A stretch of 64,000 nt of DNA from the human T2T-CHM13v2.0 reference genome, Homo sapiens, in NCBI RefSeq assembly GCF_009914755.1, contig NC_060941.1; one strand, 5' to 3'. The translations under genes were made by a program, and so were the position numbers. Of this stretch, positions 36,915-56,985 are shown piece by piece. Below the pieces are notes generated by a model, which saw nothing but the letters and a program-made list of their open reading frames with translations, ran no database searches and had not been told where the DNA came from. The stretch's first letter is position 1. Each line of letters begins with the position of its first letter.

Positions 36915-38209
36915 AAAATTGGATAGACTGAAACAGGCAATGAGGAAAGGATTCCCTATTTAATAAATGGCATTGGGAAAACTGGCTAGCCATATGCAGA
37001 AAACTGAAACTGGACCCCTTCCTTACACCTTATACAAAAATTAACTCAAGGTGGATTAAAAACTTAAACATAAGATCTAAAACCATAAAAACCCTAAAAG
37101 AAAACCTAGGCAATACCATTCAGGACATAGGCAGGGGCAAAGACTTCATGACTAAAACACCAAAAGCAGTGGCAACAAAAGCCAAAATTGACAAATGGAA
37201 TCTAATTAAACTAAAGAGCTTCTGCACAGCAAAAGAAACTACCATCAGAGTGAACAGGCAACCACAGAATGGGAGAAAATTTTTACAATCTACCCATCTG
37301 ACAAAGGGCTAATATCCAGAATCTACAAAGAACTTAAACAAATTTACAATAAAAAATCAAACAACCCCATCAAAAAGTGGGCAAAGGATATGAGCAGACA
37401 CTTCTCAAAAGAAGACATTTATGCAGCCAACAGACACATGGAAAAATGCTCATCATCACTGGCCATCAGAGACATGCAAATCAAAACCACAATGAGATAC
37501 CATCTCACACCAGTTAGAATGTCAGTCATTAAAAAGGAAACAACAGGTGCTGGAGAGGATGTGGAGAAATAGGAACGCTTTTACGCCGTTGGTGGGACTG
37601 TAAACTAGTTCAACCATTGTGGAAAACAGTGTGGTGATTCCTCAAGGATCTAGAACTAGAAATACCATTTGACCCAGCGATCCCATTACTGGGCATATAT
37701 CCAAAGGATTATAAATCATGCTGCTATAAAGACAAATGCACACGTATGTTCATTGCGGCACTATTCACAATAGCAAAGACTTGGAACCAACCCAAATGTC
37801 CATCAATGATAGACTGGATTAAGAAAATGTGGCACATATACACCATAATATACTATGCAGTCCTAAAAAATGATGAGTTCATGTCCTTTGTAGGGACATG
37901 GATGAAGCTGGAAACCATCATTCTGAGCAAACTATCGCAAGGACAGAAAACCAAACACCACATGTTCTCATAGGTGGGAACTGAACAATGAGGACACTTG
38001 GACACAGGGTGGGGAACATCACACACCAGAGCCTATTGTGGGGTGGGGGGAGGGGGGAGGGATAGCATTAGGAGATATCCTTAATGTAAATGACGAGTTA
38101 ACAGGTGCAGCACACCAACATGACACGTGTATACCTATGTAACAAACCTGCACGTTGTGCACATGTACCCTAGACCTTAAAGTATAATAATAATTAAAAA
38201 AAAAAAAAG
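36915..38209 (+). mobile_element. 5'-truncated primate L1PA (end of ORF2, 3'UTR, poly(A))
   Basis: ORF2 C-terminal peptides (MFIAALFTIAKTWNQPKCPSMIDWIKKMWHIYT), G-rich 3'UTR tract ~38040-38060, A-tail; ORF2 disrupted. Confidence 0.95.
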
Positions 38210-38532
38210 AATAAAAGAGGTCCCTTTTTCTGGGAGATTGATGTAGGGGAGCGAGCGTGTGAGTTGGAAGGGAGGCATTGAGGATCAGCCATTTAAAGCA
38301 GCATACAAGGATGTTCAAGGCTCGAGATCCACAGGTGTATTTTCAGAACCTGAATTTCCTGGCGGGGCACAGTGGCTCATGCCTTTAATCCCAGCACTTT
38401 GGGAGGTCAAGGTGAGCGGATCACTTGAGGTCAGTTCAAGACCAGCCTGGCTAACATGGTGAAACTGTTTTTACAAAAAAATATAAAAATTAGCCGGGCA
38501 TGGTGGTGGGCACCTGTATTCCCAGCTATTCA

Positions 38533-39080
<548 letters not shown>

Positions 39081-39336
39081 TCAGCTTTCATTCCAGTGAA
39101 AACATTCCAGAACAAACTCCAGGTCGGTCCCAGGTGTTTCTCCAATCAACTCAGGGCATGGTTGTGTGTCACCTGCTGCCCAGCTAGAATGACACCTCTC
39201 CAGGCCTCTGACTTAGCTAGGTCTCCACCATGTGACTCCACCGTAGACTCCATGCCTTCTTCTTTTGCAAAGCCTCGGACACCCAAACACCTACCAAAAG
39301 TGGGTAGGGTGCCAGGACACCTCCAAGTATAAGTAG

Positions 39337-40732
<1,396 letters not shown>

Positions 40733-41994
40733 TAGGAGCGTCCTTTGTTCTCATGAGGTGACTCTTGGTGGGCTCCTTATTTGGGGACTGGTCACCAAAA
40801 ATACCTAACTATGGTTGGAAGCTTAGTGCTTTCAGCCCCATTCCCCATCCTCTGGGGTGGGGAGCAGAGCTGGAGCTCGATCATGCCTGCGTGACAAAGC
40901 CTCCAGAAAAATCCTTGAAAGACAGGACATGGAGAGCTGCTGGGTTGGCGAACACATCCATGTGCCGGGAGGATGGTGCACCCCAACTCCACAAGGACCC
41001 TTCCAGACCTCACCCTGTGTATCTCTTCATCTGGCTGTTCATTTGTATCCTTTAAAATATCCTTTGCAATAAATCAGCAATAGTAAGTAAACTATTTTCC
41101 TGGGTTTTGTGAGCTGTTCTAGCAAATGGTCAAACCTGAGGAGGGAGTTGTGGGGACCTCCAATTTATAGGCAGTTGGTCAGATGCATAGGTGATGCTTG
41201 GCCTTGCACCTGGGGTCTGACGTGAGGGCGGTCCTGTGTGACTGAGCCCTTAACCTGTGGAGTCTGGTGCTCACTCTGCTTAGGGCTTCTCTGCCTTTGT
41301 AGTGTCCTGTCTAGAAGGCCTTTCCTTCCTCTTTTCTGCTCAGAAAACTTTTCTTCCACTTCCCTTCTTCTAAGCCATCCCTTATATCTACTCCTTTCCA
41401 GCCGACCAAGAGCAGAACCACGGCTGGCTCCACTGCCAGCATGCTGTCCCACACTGTCTCCTCAGGATGTATTCAGATGTCCAGCCCTCTCCCTAGTCTA
41501 GGAGCCCTTTGAGGAAAGGGATGCTGTCCTAGTCAACTCTTTCCCAGCGCCAGGCACAACGTCTGGCATGTTCCATCTTTTTCATGGACTCTCCCCAGGC
41601 GGCCTGACCTTCCCTCCTCTGAACTGCTGCATTTCCTGTCTGCATCATGTTTGCCCTAATCAGACATCGCCTTATTTCATCATCCTTTAAAAAATGCTTT
41701 ATTTCTCTGGCAGATTTCATTGGAATCAGAATTTTCTTTCATTTAGTAGCTGTTGGCCTTGTGTCCACCTTTCTGTGGCACTCAGGTCTCACTTAAGAGC
41801 TGGCCCTCTGAGCTATGGTTTGCCGTCAGTGAGATGGAGACAGAGGCAGCCCTAGGCAGTCATGTTTTGTTCCACCTGACCCTGGGCACCCCTCCCCCTC
41901 CCAGGCTACTGGCAGGGATGGGCACCGGCCTGGGAGAGACAGCTCATCCACAGGCTGGCCCAGCAGAAACTCTGGGCTCAGACAAAACTGCTCA

Positions 41995-42216
<222 letters not shown>

Positions 42217-42412
42217 TCAAGACCCTGTCTCAAAAGAAAAATGTGCACATTTGAGATACATAAAAAAATTTTTTGTTATATAAAAAAAAATTATCACCGG
42301 GCACGGTGGCTCACACCTGTAATCCAGCACTTTGGGAGGCTGAGGCGGGCGGATCATGAGGTCAGGAGATCGAGACCATCTTGGTTAACATGGTGAAACC
42401 CCATCTCTACTA

Positions 42413-42571
<159 letters not shown>

Positions 42572-43667
42572 TTAGCATAAAAATGTGAAATTATGTAAAT
42601 ATGCCAAAATAGGAACCTGGAGGTGCTTGGAATCCAGACTTTGGGAGCCCAGCAGTGCAAGGATCTCTACTCTTGGCTTCTTTTTTTCTTGAGATGGAGT
42701 CTTGCTCTGTTGCCCAGGCTGGTGTGCAGTGGCCCAGTCTCGGCTCACTGCAACCTCCGTCTCCTGGGTTCAAGCAATTCTCCCTGCTTCAGCCTCCTGA
42801 GTAACTGGGATTACAGGAGCACATGACCATCCCCAGCTAATTTTTGTATTTTTTAGTAGAGACGGGGTTTTGCCATGTTGGCCAGGCTGGTCTTGAACTC
42901 CTGACCTCAGGTGGTCCACCCACCTCAGCCTCCCAAAGTGCTGGAATTACAGGCGTGAGCCACTGTGCCCAGCCTAGTCTTGGCTTCTTGTCAACTCCCT
43001 GCTTATGTCCAACACTCACCCCTATTACAGAGCTGGTGTGGGGGAGTTTCTGTCCTGGTGACTTAACAGTGTAATTAAAGTGCTTAGCACTGTACCTGAC
43101 CACAGCTGGTGCCCAACAAACAGCAGCTGCCATCATTCTCACCATCCGTATGTTATTGTTATTGACTCTTCAATGGCAACCATGGCTTATCCCCCTTTAT
43201 CTCCCTATGTCCTACAGCCGGACAGAGGAATGGTTACAAGGCTTTGAGCCTAACAGTGCTGGCTTAAAACCGTAACTTGTCGTTTTGGATGTGTGGCCTT
43301 GGACACTTGGGCAGGTCACCTACGTCCTTCTAGCCCTGTATCCTTATCTGTCAGATGATGATTTTAAAAACTATGCTTCCATGGATTGCTGGGCTAAATC
43401 ATATAAGACTGTAAAATGCCTAACCCAGGATTTGGCATCAAGTAAGCAAATTGTAAATGGTAGCTGCTGTTCTGCCTATGACTATTTAGTCTTGTGCTTT
43501 ACTTTTTATTTAATTATTTTTAAGACAGAGTTTCAGTCTTATTGCCCAGGCAGGAGTGCAATGGCGTGATCTTGGCTCACCACAACCTCCACTTCCCAGG
43601 TTCAAGTGATTCTCCTACCTCAGCCTCCTGAGTAGCTGGGATTACAGGCATGTGCCACCATGCCCGG

Positions 43668-43676
<9 letters not shown>

Positions 43677-43730
<54 letters not shown>

Positions 43731-43837
43731 ATATATATATGTATATATGTATATATGTGTGCATATATATGTATATATGTGTGTATATATATGTATATAT
43801 GTGTATATATATATGTATATATATGTGTGTGTGTATA

Positions 43838-43865
<28 letters not shown>
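43677..43865. repeat. (TG)n/(TA)n/(TATT)n microsatellite expanded in the linker of an antisense Alu
   Basis: Read directly; Alu arms on both sides. Confidence 0.95.
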
Positions 43866-43868
<3 letters not shown>

Positions 43869-44781
43869 TTGGTAGACACGGGTTTCTCCATGTTGGTTAG
43901 GCTGGTCTTGAACTCCCAACCTCAGGTGATCCGCCTGCCTTGGCCTCCCAAAATGTTGGGATTACAGGCATAAACCACCATGCCCGGCCTAGTCTTGTGC
44001 TTTAGACTCAAATATTTGTTGGCCCACTGAAGTCACCACACAGATAAAGACACTTTTCATTCTCAGTAAGGAACTTTGGGAGATAATTGGGGCAGGCAGC
44101 TAAAGAACAGGTGTCTTTTGTCTGACATCAGCAAACTCATGGAAACCGATGGGCGGCTCACTTTGCTTAGAACCCCCACAGCACGCACACAGGGCTGCTT
44201 CCCAGTCACACTGCTCCTGGAATGGGGGTGCTGCTGTTCTGCAGTTAGCACTGTTCTTTACTTCCTATTACTGAACTGCCAGCGTTCATTTGTGTTCAGT
44301 TAGGTAGATTACCAATTCTTGTTCATTCAGATTTTCTTTTGCTCACTAATGTGTTTCATGTTCACTAACTTACCAAATGTGATTTATTAGTGACTTTTTT
44401 TTTGAAGATGGAGTGGAGGAATCCTTGCGCCTTCTGCAGCATTCTGCTGCCGTTATGGAACAGTGCATCTATGGAAGTGCATCAGCGGGGGATGGGGAGA
44501 GGCTAGGGCAGTACACGTGAATGGAGAGGTAGCCCCACCAGTATGTTTTCTGAAATACAGTCCCGCAGAGGGCAGTCTTGGGAAATTACTGCTCTCACAC
44601 ACTCTTCTTGACCCTATCCCTCCAGCACCTCCCTGCTATCCAAAGGTTGGGATTTTTAAAAAGAAAAATAAATTATAAAAAAAACCAGGCCGGGTGCGGT
44701 GGCTCAGTCCTGTAATCCCAGCACTTTGGGAGGCTGAGGCGGGCAGATCACAAGGTCAGGAGATCGAGACCATCCTGGCTA

Positions 44782-45268
<487 letters not shown>

Positions 45269-45447
45269 CTAATTAGACTGGGAAACAAGGCAGGGAAAGA
45301 TGGCCCTGTGCTTCCTCTGCCTGCTGCCTTTGTGGATGCGTGGGCCGCCAGCTTCAGTCCTGCTTTTCTTTCTGATGGCCCTTGTTATTTATGCATAAAT
45401 ATTTAACTACACATTTAAATGTCTTACTGCATGGCTAGAATTAGTTA

Positions 45448-47449
<2,002 letters not shown>

Positions 47450-47774
47450 AAGAAAAATAAGTAATTTTACAGGAGGCCTGAGGTGGGCTAGGGTCACTCT
47501 GTGTTCTCCTCCTAGGGCAGGGCCTCACTCTCTTCCCCTCTCAGCAGCCGACTCTCCTGTTGAGATCTTCTCTGTTGGGGATTCAACATCCCTGGGATAA
47601 GAATAACAATGCCAAGGTTTTGACTCTTGAAAGGAGCAATTAAGTTTCTCACCCCCTCCTCATTTTAGATGGGAACCATGAGGGCCCCGTCGTTTACCCC
47701 GCATCACTGTTGAAGATCTCATCCTCACTGGAAGACTCCTTGTCCTGCAGCCTCATGGCTTTTTTTTTTTTTAA

Positions 47775-47915
<141 letters not shown>

Positions 47916-48875
47916 TAATTTTGTATTTTTAGTAGCGACGGGGTTTCTTTTTTATTTTGAGACAGAGTCTCGCTCTGTAGCCCAGGCTGGAGTGCAGTGG
48001 CACGATCTCGGCTCACGGCAAGCTCTGCCTTCCAGGTTCACACCATTCTCCTGCCTCAGCCTCCTGAGTAGCTGGGACTACAGGTGCCCGCCACCACGCC
48101 CGGCTAATTTTTTGTATTTTTAGTAGAGACGGGGTTTCACCGTGTTAGCCAGGATGGTCTCGATCTCCTGACCTCGTGATCTGCCCGCCTCGGCCTCCCA
48201 AAGTGCTGGGATTACAGGCGTGAGCCACCGTGCCCGGCAGTAGTGACAGGGTTTCACCATGTTGGTCAGGCTGGTCTCAAACTCCCAACCTCAAGTGATC
48301 CACCCGCCTCGGCCTCCCAAAGTGCTGGGATTACACGTGTGAGCCATCCCGCCTGGCCTTTCTAGTTAGAATTCTGTGAGGTTTGTATAAAAGGAATAGA
48401 GTGGGGGCCCAAAAACCAGTAAGATGAGAAAGTACTGTTTGCTCAGTTCTAGGATCCATGAAATAAATAATAAATAAATAAAAAAGAGAAAGTAGTGTTT
48501 CCTGCCACTTTAGAGGAAGGACTCACATATCCTACCTTCCATCAGCCTTGAAGGAGATGAGTGCCCTCTCTCCAACACCTGGTGGCCTTCCCTACCCCTT
48601 CCCCAAAGCCTCCAAGAAGGCCCCTGGCCTAGCCTGATGCCCACTATCAGCAGGAACAGGCACCACAAACTTTCCCCTTCCTATCCCTCCCCACCTCTGG
48701 AAAGGGCTGGGGACAGCAGATGTGTCCTTGTTAGTTCCATCCATTTCAGCTTTGGCTGGGGAGCTAATTTCACTGGAGCCAGGATAAGCATTAGGGTAAG
48801 TAACTATTTTTCCTGTCTTGGGCAGTTTCCTCACTGACAAATGAGGGCAGAGTTCTAAGCTCTCTTCTAATTCTA

Positions 48876-49055
<180 letters not shown>

Positions 49056-49080
49056 TCACCAGACTAATATTTACCTTGAG

Positions 49081-49487
49081 TGTTATGCGCATCCATGTGA
49101 AGAGACCACCAAACAGGCTTTGTGTGAGCAATAGTTTTTTAATCACCTGGAGTCAGCAAAAGGAGATGGGGTGGGGCAGTTTTATAGGATTTGGGTAGGT
49201 AGTGGAAAAATTACAGTTAACGTGCGTTTTCTCTTGTGGGCAGGGGTGGGGGTAACAAGGTGCTTGGTGAGGAGCTCCTGAGACTCATTGTCCAGGAGAA
49301 GGAATGTCACAAGATCAATTGATCAGTTAGGGTGGAGCAGGAACAAATCACAATGGTGGAATGTCATCAGTTAAGGCAGGAACTGGCTATTTCACGTTTA
49401 TGGTTCTTCAGTTGCTTCAGGCCATCTGGATGTATATGTGCAGGTCACAGGGTTATGATGGCTTAGCTTGGGCTCAGGGGCCTGACA
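49081..49487 (-). mobile_element. LTR7-family (HERV-H) solo LTR
   Basis: Reverse complement begins TGTCAGGCCCCTGAGCCCAAGCTAAGCC and ends ...CATAACA; 5-bp TSD TTGAG (49076-49080 / 49488-49492). Confidence 0.92.
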
Positions 49488-49702
49488 TTGAGGATTCTTT
49501 TTTATCTTCCTCTGATGCTCTTCTATAAGAATGAATCTGTTTTGGAAGAAAACGCAATTAAGATTTTCCATCACAACAACCACTATCTCCAAATCTGTAT
49601 TCATTCCTTTTAATTCATTATAAGTCTCATCTACCTAATGAGATAACTTTTTTGAAGACAGGAATTGTATGCTGTTTAACAGTGCTTTGTTTCTTCCATA
49701 GT

Positions 49703-50074
<372 letters not shown>

Positions 50075-50509
50075 TAGCGGGTGGACCTTGTGATCCGCCC
50101 ACCTTGGCCTCCCAAAGTGCTGGGATTACAGGTGTGAGCCACCATGCCCAGCCAATTTTTGTATGTTTAGTAGAGACGGGGTTTCACCATGTTGGCCAGG
50201 CTGGTCTCGAACACCTGACATCAAGTGATCCGCCCACCTTGGCCTCCCAAAGTGCTAGGATTACAGGCATGAGCCACCGCACCCAGCCTCAGACTAAACT
50301 ATAATAAAAGAGAAAGCAGAGAGAGTAAGAGCACCTCATATGGAATCACCTACATTTCAGAAGCTGGAAAGAAAGAGAGTGGTCTACTTGATGATATGAA
50401 GCATGATCAATCAGTATCAATACTAGCTTTAGGGTGAAGGCATAGTCAAATTGGAAACTGTGGACAAATTTCAGAAACTGCACCAAAACTTACAAACCTC
50501 AAATCCTAG

Positions 50510-50779
<270 letters not shown>

Positions 50780-50920
50780 TGATCCACCCACCTCAAGCCT
50801 CCCAAAGTGCTGGGATTATAGGCATGAGCCACCATGTCCGGCAAGTTTCTTTTTACTTAATTTGTATTTATTTATTTATTTGAGACCGGGTCTTGCCCTG
50901 TTGCCCTGGCTAGAGTGTAG

Positions 50921-51100
<180 letters not shown>

Positions 51101-51569
51101 TGATATGCTTGTCAAAGTGCTGGGATTACAGGTGTGAGCCACTAGGCCCAGCCTCAGTTTCTTTTATGGACTCACTTACCTCTGCAGATTGGCTCAAATG
51201 TCATTATTCTCAGGCTTCTCTCCTGTTTACAGGTGTCCTGGGCCATCCAGTCCAGTCTCATGATATTTGCCACCCAATGTGCTCATGTTTCCCAAACCAG
51301 CATCTCTTCTCTAGACCCATCCTCTAATTAGCTGTTTCTCAAGCAACCTTTTGACTGTTGTTTCTTTTTACTTCCCTGGTACCAGGGATAAAAGTCCCCT
51401 GAATTCAAACATGAATATTCACCTCACCCAGTCCTCTGGGAGGTCCATAAGTCCCTGTTTTGGGAAGAATGAAGCTGAGCTCTAGCCAAAAAAAAACAAC
51501 TCCATTTGGGGATCTAAAAATTTTGCAGCTTGGAAGTGCAAAAAAAATGTGCAGCTTTGCACAGTGAGT

Positions 51570-51683
51570 CAGGGTGACCAAGTTCTCCTAGTTTGCCAAA
51601 GAGTCTCTCAGTTTTAGTACTAAAAGTCCTAAATCCCAGGAAACCTCTCGGTTCCAGGCAAACCAAGTGGTTTGGTGAACCTG
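51570..51683. mobile_element. Short hAT MITE (MER81-like)
   Basis: Imperfect terminal inverted repeats CAGGGTGACCAA ... TTGGTGAACCTG, ~114 bp. Confidence 0.55.
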
Positions 51684-53445
51684 ACAGGGAGGTGTCCTTT
51701 ATGAGGTATGGCAAGAGTGAAGGCTTGGCAAAGGGTGGCTGTGCCCATCAAACACAGACAGTTTATGAATAGTTGGGTGGGTGGGGCATATGCTTTATTC
51801 CCTAGGGTCCTCAGGGCCTTTGCAGAGGTCTGTAAGAGCTGGTGGGGGCAATGGGACAGTGAAATTCGGGTATAAGGCTAATGTGACCTCATTTAAAATC
51901 ACAGGCTGGAGAGGCCCAGGGACTTTGGGTATCTATTTACATAGCCAAGATAACATCAGATTCAAATTTTATTTAGTGCTTTTTGTATCTATGACTGTCA
52001 AACATTGTCACAGTTTAACAGCTACATAATACTCCATCAAAAGGATATTATATGAAGTGTGGTGGCTCACACCTGTAATCCCCACATTTTTGGGAGGCCA
52101 AGGCAGATGAATCACTTGAGGTTAGGTGTTTGAGACCAGCCTGGCCAACATAACAAGACCACATCTCTACTAAAAATACAAAAATGAGCCACATGTGGTG
52201 GCGCATGCCTATATTCCTAGCTCTGGGACTCTGTCTCAAAAAAAACAAAAACAAAAACAAAAAAACCAAAAGAGGATTTTCAGTGTGTTCCAGAAATGTT
52301 CCTATTATAAATACATCTTTGTGCTAAAAGTTTTTTTTCCCTATATGTAAGATTTGTTTCAGGCTAGATGCAGTGGCTCATGCCTGTAATCCCAACATTT
52401 TGGGAGGCCAAGGTAGAAGGATTGCTTGAGGCCAATAGTTTGAAACTAGTCTGGTCAACATAGGGAGACCCCATCTCTACAAAAAAATGTTTAAAAAAAC
52501 TTAGCCGCACATGGTGGCACGCCCCTGTCCTTCCAGCTACTTGGGAGGCTGAGGAGGGAAGATCACTTCAGCACAACTGTTCAAGGTTGCAATGAGCTAT
52601 GGTTGCACCACTGTACCTCAGCCTGGGTGACAGAGCAATACCCTGTCTCTTAAAAAATAAAAATATACATTTTTTTCTGTAGTAATTTGGAAGTACCATT
52701 AAGTGCCAGAGACTGTGCTAAGCACTTTACATGCATTATTTCCTTTAAATATCATCATAAATAACACCCTGGAATAGGTAATATTCTCCCCAGGTAGAAA
52801 CTGGTGCTTAGAGGTTATGTAACTTTCCCAAGGCCACATAGTGTGTGATGGAGCCAAGATTTGAAATCAGCACCACCACATACTTTCAAAATATGTTGAT
52901 GGTGAATTTTGGTTTGTTTACAGCTGTGTCATCTGTTGCCTGGCTTTGCTCTACTGAGCCACCACTGAGCCTTGTATATGTCTCTCTTTATTTTTGGTTA
53001 TGTGCACTGCCCCAGTGACCACACAGTTCTCTCTTTAGCACCTCTCCCACTGTGTTGAAATTGCTTGTTTACACTTCCACTCCACCTACAAGTGGAGGGT
53101 AGAACTGCATTTATTCATCCTTTTCCAACACATCTAGCAAGACGTAGTAGAGACGCAAGAGAAATTTGTTAATGTATAAAAGGAGAACTCCAGGCCGGGC
53201 GCAGTGGCTCACACCTGTCATCTCAGCACTTTGGGAGGCTGAGGTGGGTGGATCACGAGGTCAGGAGTTGGAGACCAGCCTGGCCAACATGGTGAAACCC
53301 TGTCTCTATTAAAAATACAAAAAATTGGCTGGGCGTGGTGGCTCACACCTGTAATCCCAGCACTCTGGGAGGCTGAGGTGGGCGGATCACAAGGTTAGGA
53401 GATCGAGACCATCCTGGCTAACACAGTGAAACCCCATCTCTACTA

Positions 53446-53955
<510 letters not shown>

Positions 53956-53969
53956 TTAACATGTTCCTC

Positions 53970-54460
53970 TGGAACAGGAATTAAAAGAAATTAAAGAACG
54001 TGTAAGCAGAAACTCAGTTGTATGTAAGAAAACCCAATTTCCCCTGAGAAAAAGAAGGAGCTGAAGTCCTTTAAAAATTAACTGCCTGTTTTTCTGTGGC
54101 TAGTGAGCCTTATCTCTCCTCCTTTCCCAGGCATTGTGAAGATCCTGTTTCCCTAGCTGTGCAGCTGCAAGGTCACTAGACAGATAAACTCAAGTTGTAA
54201 AAAATGTTTTTCCTTGAAAAGTAAAAAATGATGTAATATATGTCTCAATTAATTGAATAACCGTCTTTGTTTCTCACTTCTGTAATATGCTTCCCCCTGC
54301 ACAGATCTCCCCCCACCCCACCAAATGCTTAAAAGGTAACTTAACTCTTTGTTCAGGGCTCAGTCCTTTGGATGTTAATCCACCTGGGCTGGTGCACCTA
54401 AATAATAAAGATCCTCCTCAATCCCATCAGTCTCTCTGATTCCTTATCAATCCTGCTAAC
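53970..54460 (+). mobile_element. ERV1 solo LTR (LTR15-like) present only in the pseudogene copy
   Basis: TGGAACAGGAATTAAAAGAAATTAAAG start, ~490 bp, TSD CCTC (53966-53969 / 54461-54464); empty site in BRCA1 at ~17588-17591; subfamily from memory. Confidence 0.8.
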
Positions 54461-54658
54461 CCTCTAACCTTATTTCCTGTAAATTAGACTTATAGGCCTA
54501 ATCAAATTCAGGTTTAACCTTTTGGCAAGAACACTTTACAGATGGTACTGTGTACTCTTATTATATCACTTCAGAAGACGCATGTTTGGTTTGTGATTAC
54601 TTTGTAAAAACAGTGTAGTAAGTACTCACTAAAGGAAATTTAGAAAATAATAAGCTTA

Positions 54659-54853
<195 letters not shown>

Positions 54854-55132
54854 TCACTTGAACCCTGGAGGTGGAGGTTGCAGAGTGAGCCAAGATCACA
54901 CCACTGCACTCCAGCCTAGGTGACAGAGGAAGACTCTGTCTCAATAAAAAGAAAATAAGGCCAGGCACGGGGGCTCACGCTTGTAATCCCAGCACTTCGG
55001 GAGGCCAAGGCCGGCAGATCACGAGGTCAGGATTTCGAGACCAGCCTGGCCAACATGGTGAAACCCCATCTCTACTAAAAATACAAAAACTAACTGGGCA
55101 TGGTGGCAGGCGCCTGTAATCCCAGGTACTCA

Positions 55133-55315
<183 letters not shown>

Positions 55316-55906
55316 TTAAAAAATAAAAACTTTAGAAAATACATCACCCCAGTTCCCATCCCTACCTGTCTATCCACAAAACCAAGGCATTCCTGAGAGT
55401 AATTCATTTATTATACTAATATAACAAGTGTTTATTATCTACTACTATATTCAAGTACTATTCTAGGAGATAGAAATACAGCAGTTTACAAAATAAAACC
55501 TGCTCTCACATTCTAGTGTGGTAGACAGTTGATGCAGAATTAAAGAATATATGGGAATAAGTGTATTAAAGAGAAAAAATAAGCAGGGTAAGGGGAAACA
55601 GGTAGTGTAATATGTATAGGGGGTAGGTGTACATGGGGGGAGTCAGGAAAGGTTTCACTGAGGTGAGACTAGAGGACAGCTTAATAATGTAAAGAAACAC
55701 GCTATGCAACAATTAGGGGAAGAGCATTCCAGGAAAGAGGGAGCAGAGAAGGCAAACCCTGAGCAGGACCATGCCTGTGTATGCAGGACATCAGATAGGT
55801 CAAGGTGCTAAAATGTAATAATCCAGGAGGATATCGTAGGGAAAGAGCATCAGAGAGGTAGCTGGTAACTTTTGGTAGGAACCTGCCAGCTATTTTAAAT
55901 CTTTAG

Positions 55907-56137
<231 letters not shown>

Positions 56138-56877
56138 TAATTTTTAATGTTAATTAATTTTTATAGAGACAGGATCTCACTATGTTGCCCATGCTGGTCT
56201 TGAATGCCTGGCCTCAAGCAGTCTTCCTGCTTTGGCTTCCCAAAGTGCTGGGATTACAAGTGTGAGCTACTATGTCCAGTGAAACTTTTTTTGGGGGGAG
56301 ATGGAGTCTCACTCACTCTGCTGCTCAGGCTGGAGTGCAGTGGTGTGGTCTTGGCTCACTGCAACCTCTGCCTCTCGGATTGAAGTGATTCTTGTGCCTC
56401 AGCCTTCCAAGTAGCTGGGAGTACAGGCGCATGCTCTCATGCCTGGCTAATTTTTTTGTATTTTTGGTAGGGAAGGGGTTGCACCATGTTGCCCAGGCTG
56501 TTCTTAAAGTCCTGACCTCAAATGATCCACCTGCCTCAGCTGGGATTACAGGTATGAGCCACTACACTTAGCCCTAAATGTGAACTTTTGAAATGGATTT
56601 TTTGGGTAAAGTCCAGGCAGGACATCAAAGAACAAGTATCCTGGTAGTGCGACAAGAATGTGGTTCTTTTCATTAAATATTTAACTTTTTAGAAAAGGAT
56701 CACAAGGGCCAGGTGCGGTGGCTCACACTGTAATCCCAGCACTTTGGGAGTCTGAGGCAGGTGGATCACCTGAGGTCAGGAGTTTGAGACCAGCCTAGCC
56801 AATATGGGGAAACCCCGCCTCTGCTAAAACTACAAAAATTAACCAGGCATGGTGGCACGCACCTGTAGTCCTGGCTA

Positions 56878-56985
<108 letters not shown>

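Noticed and set aside
36915-38209. Active L1
   Set aside because: Only ~1.3 kb of the 3' end with a disrupted ORF2; no convincing TSD found.
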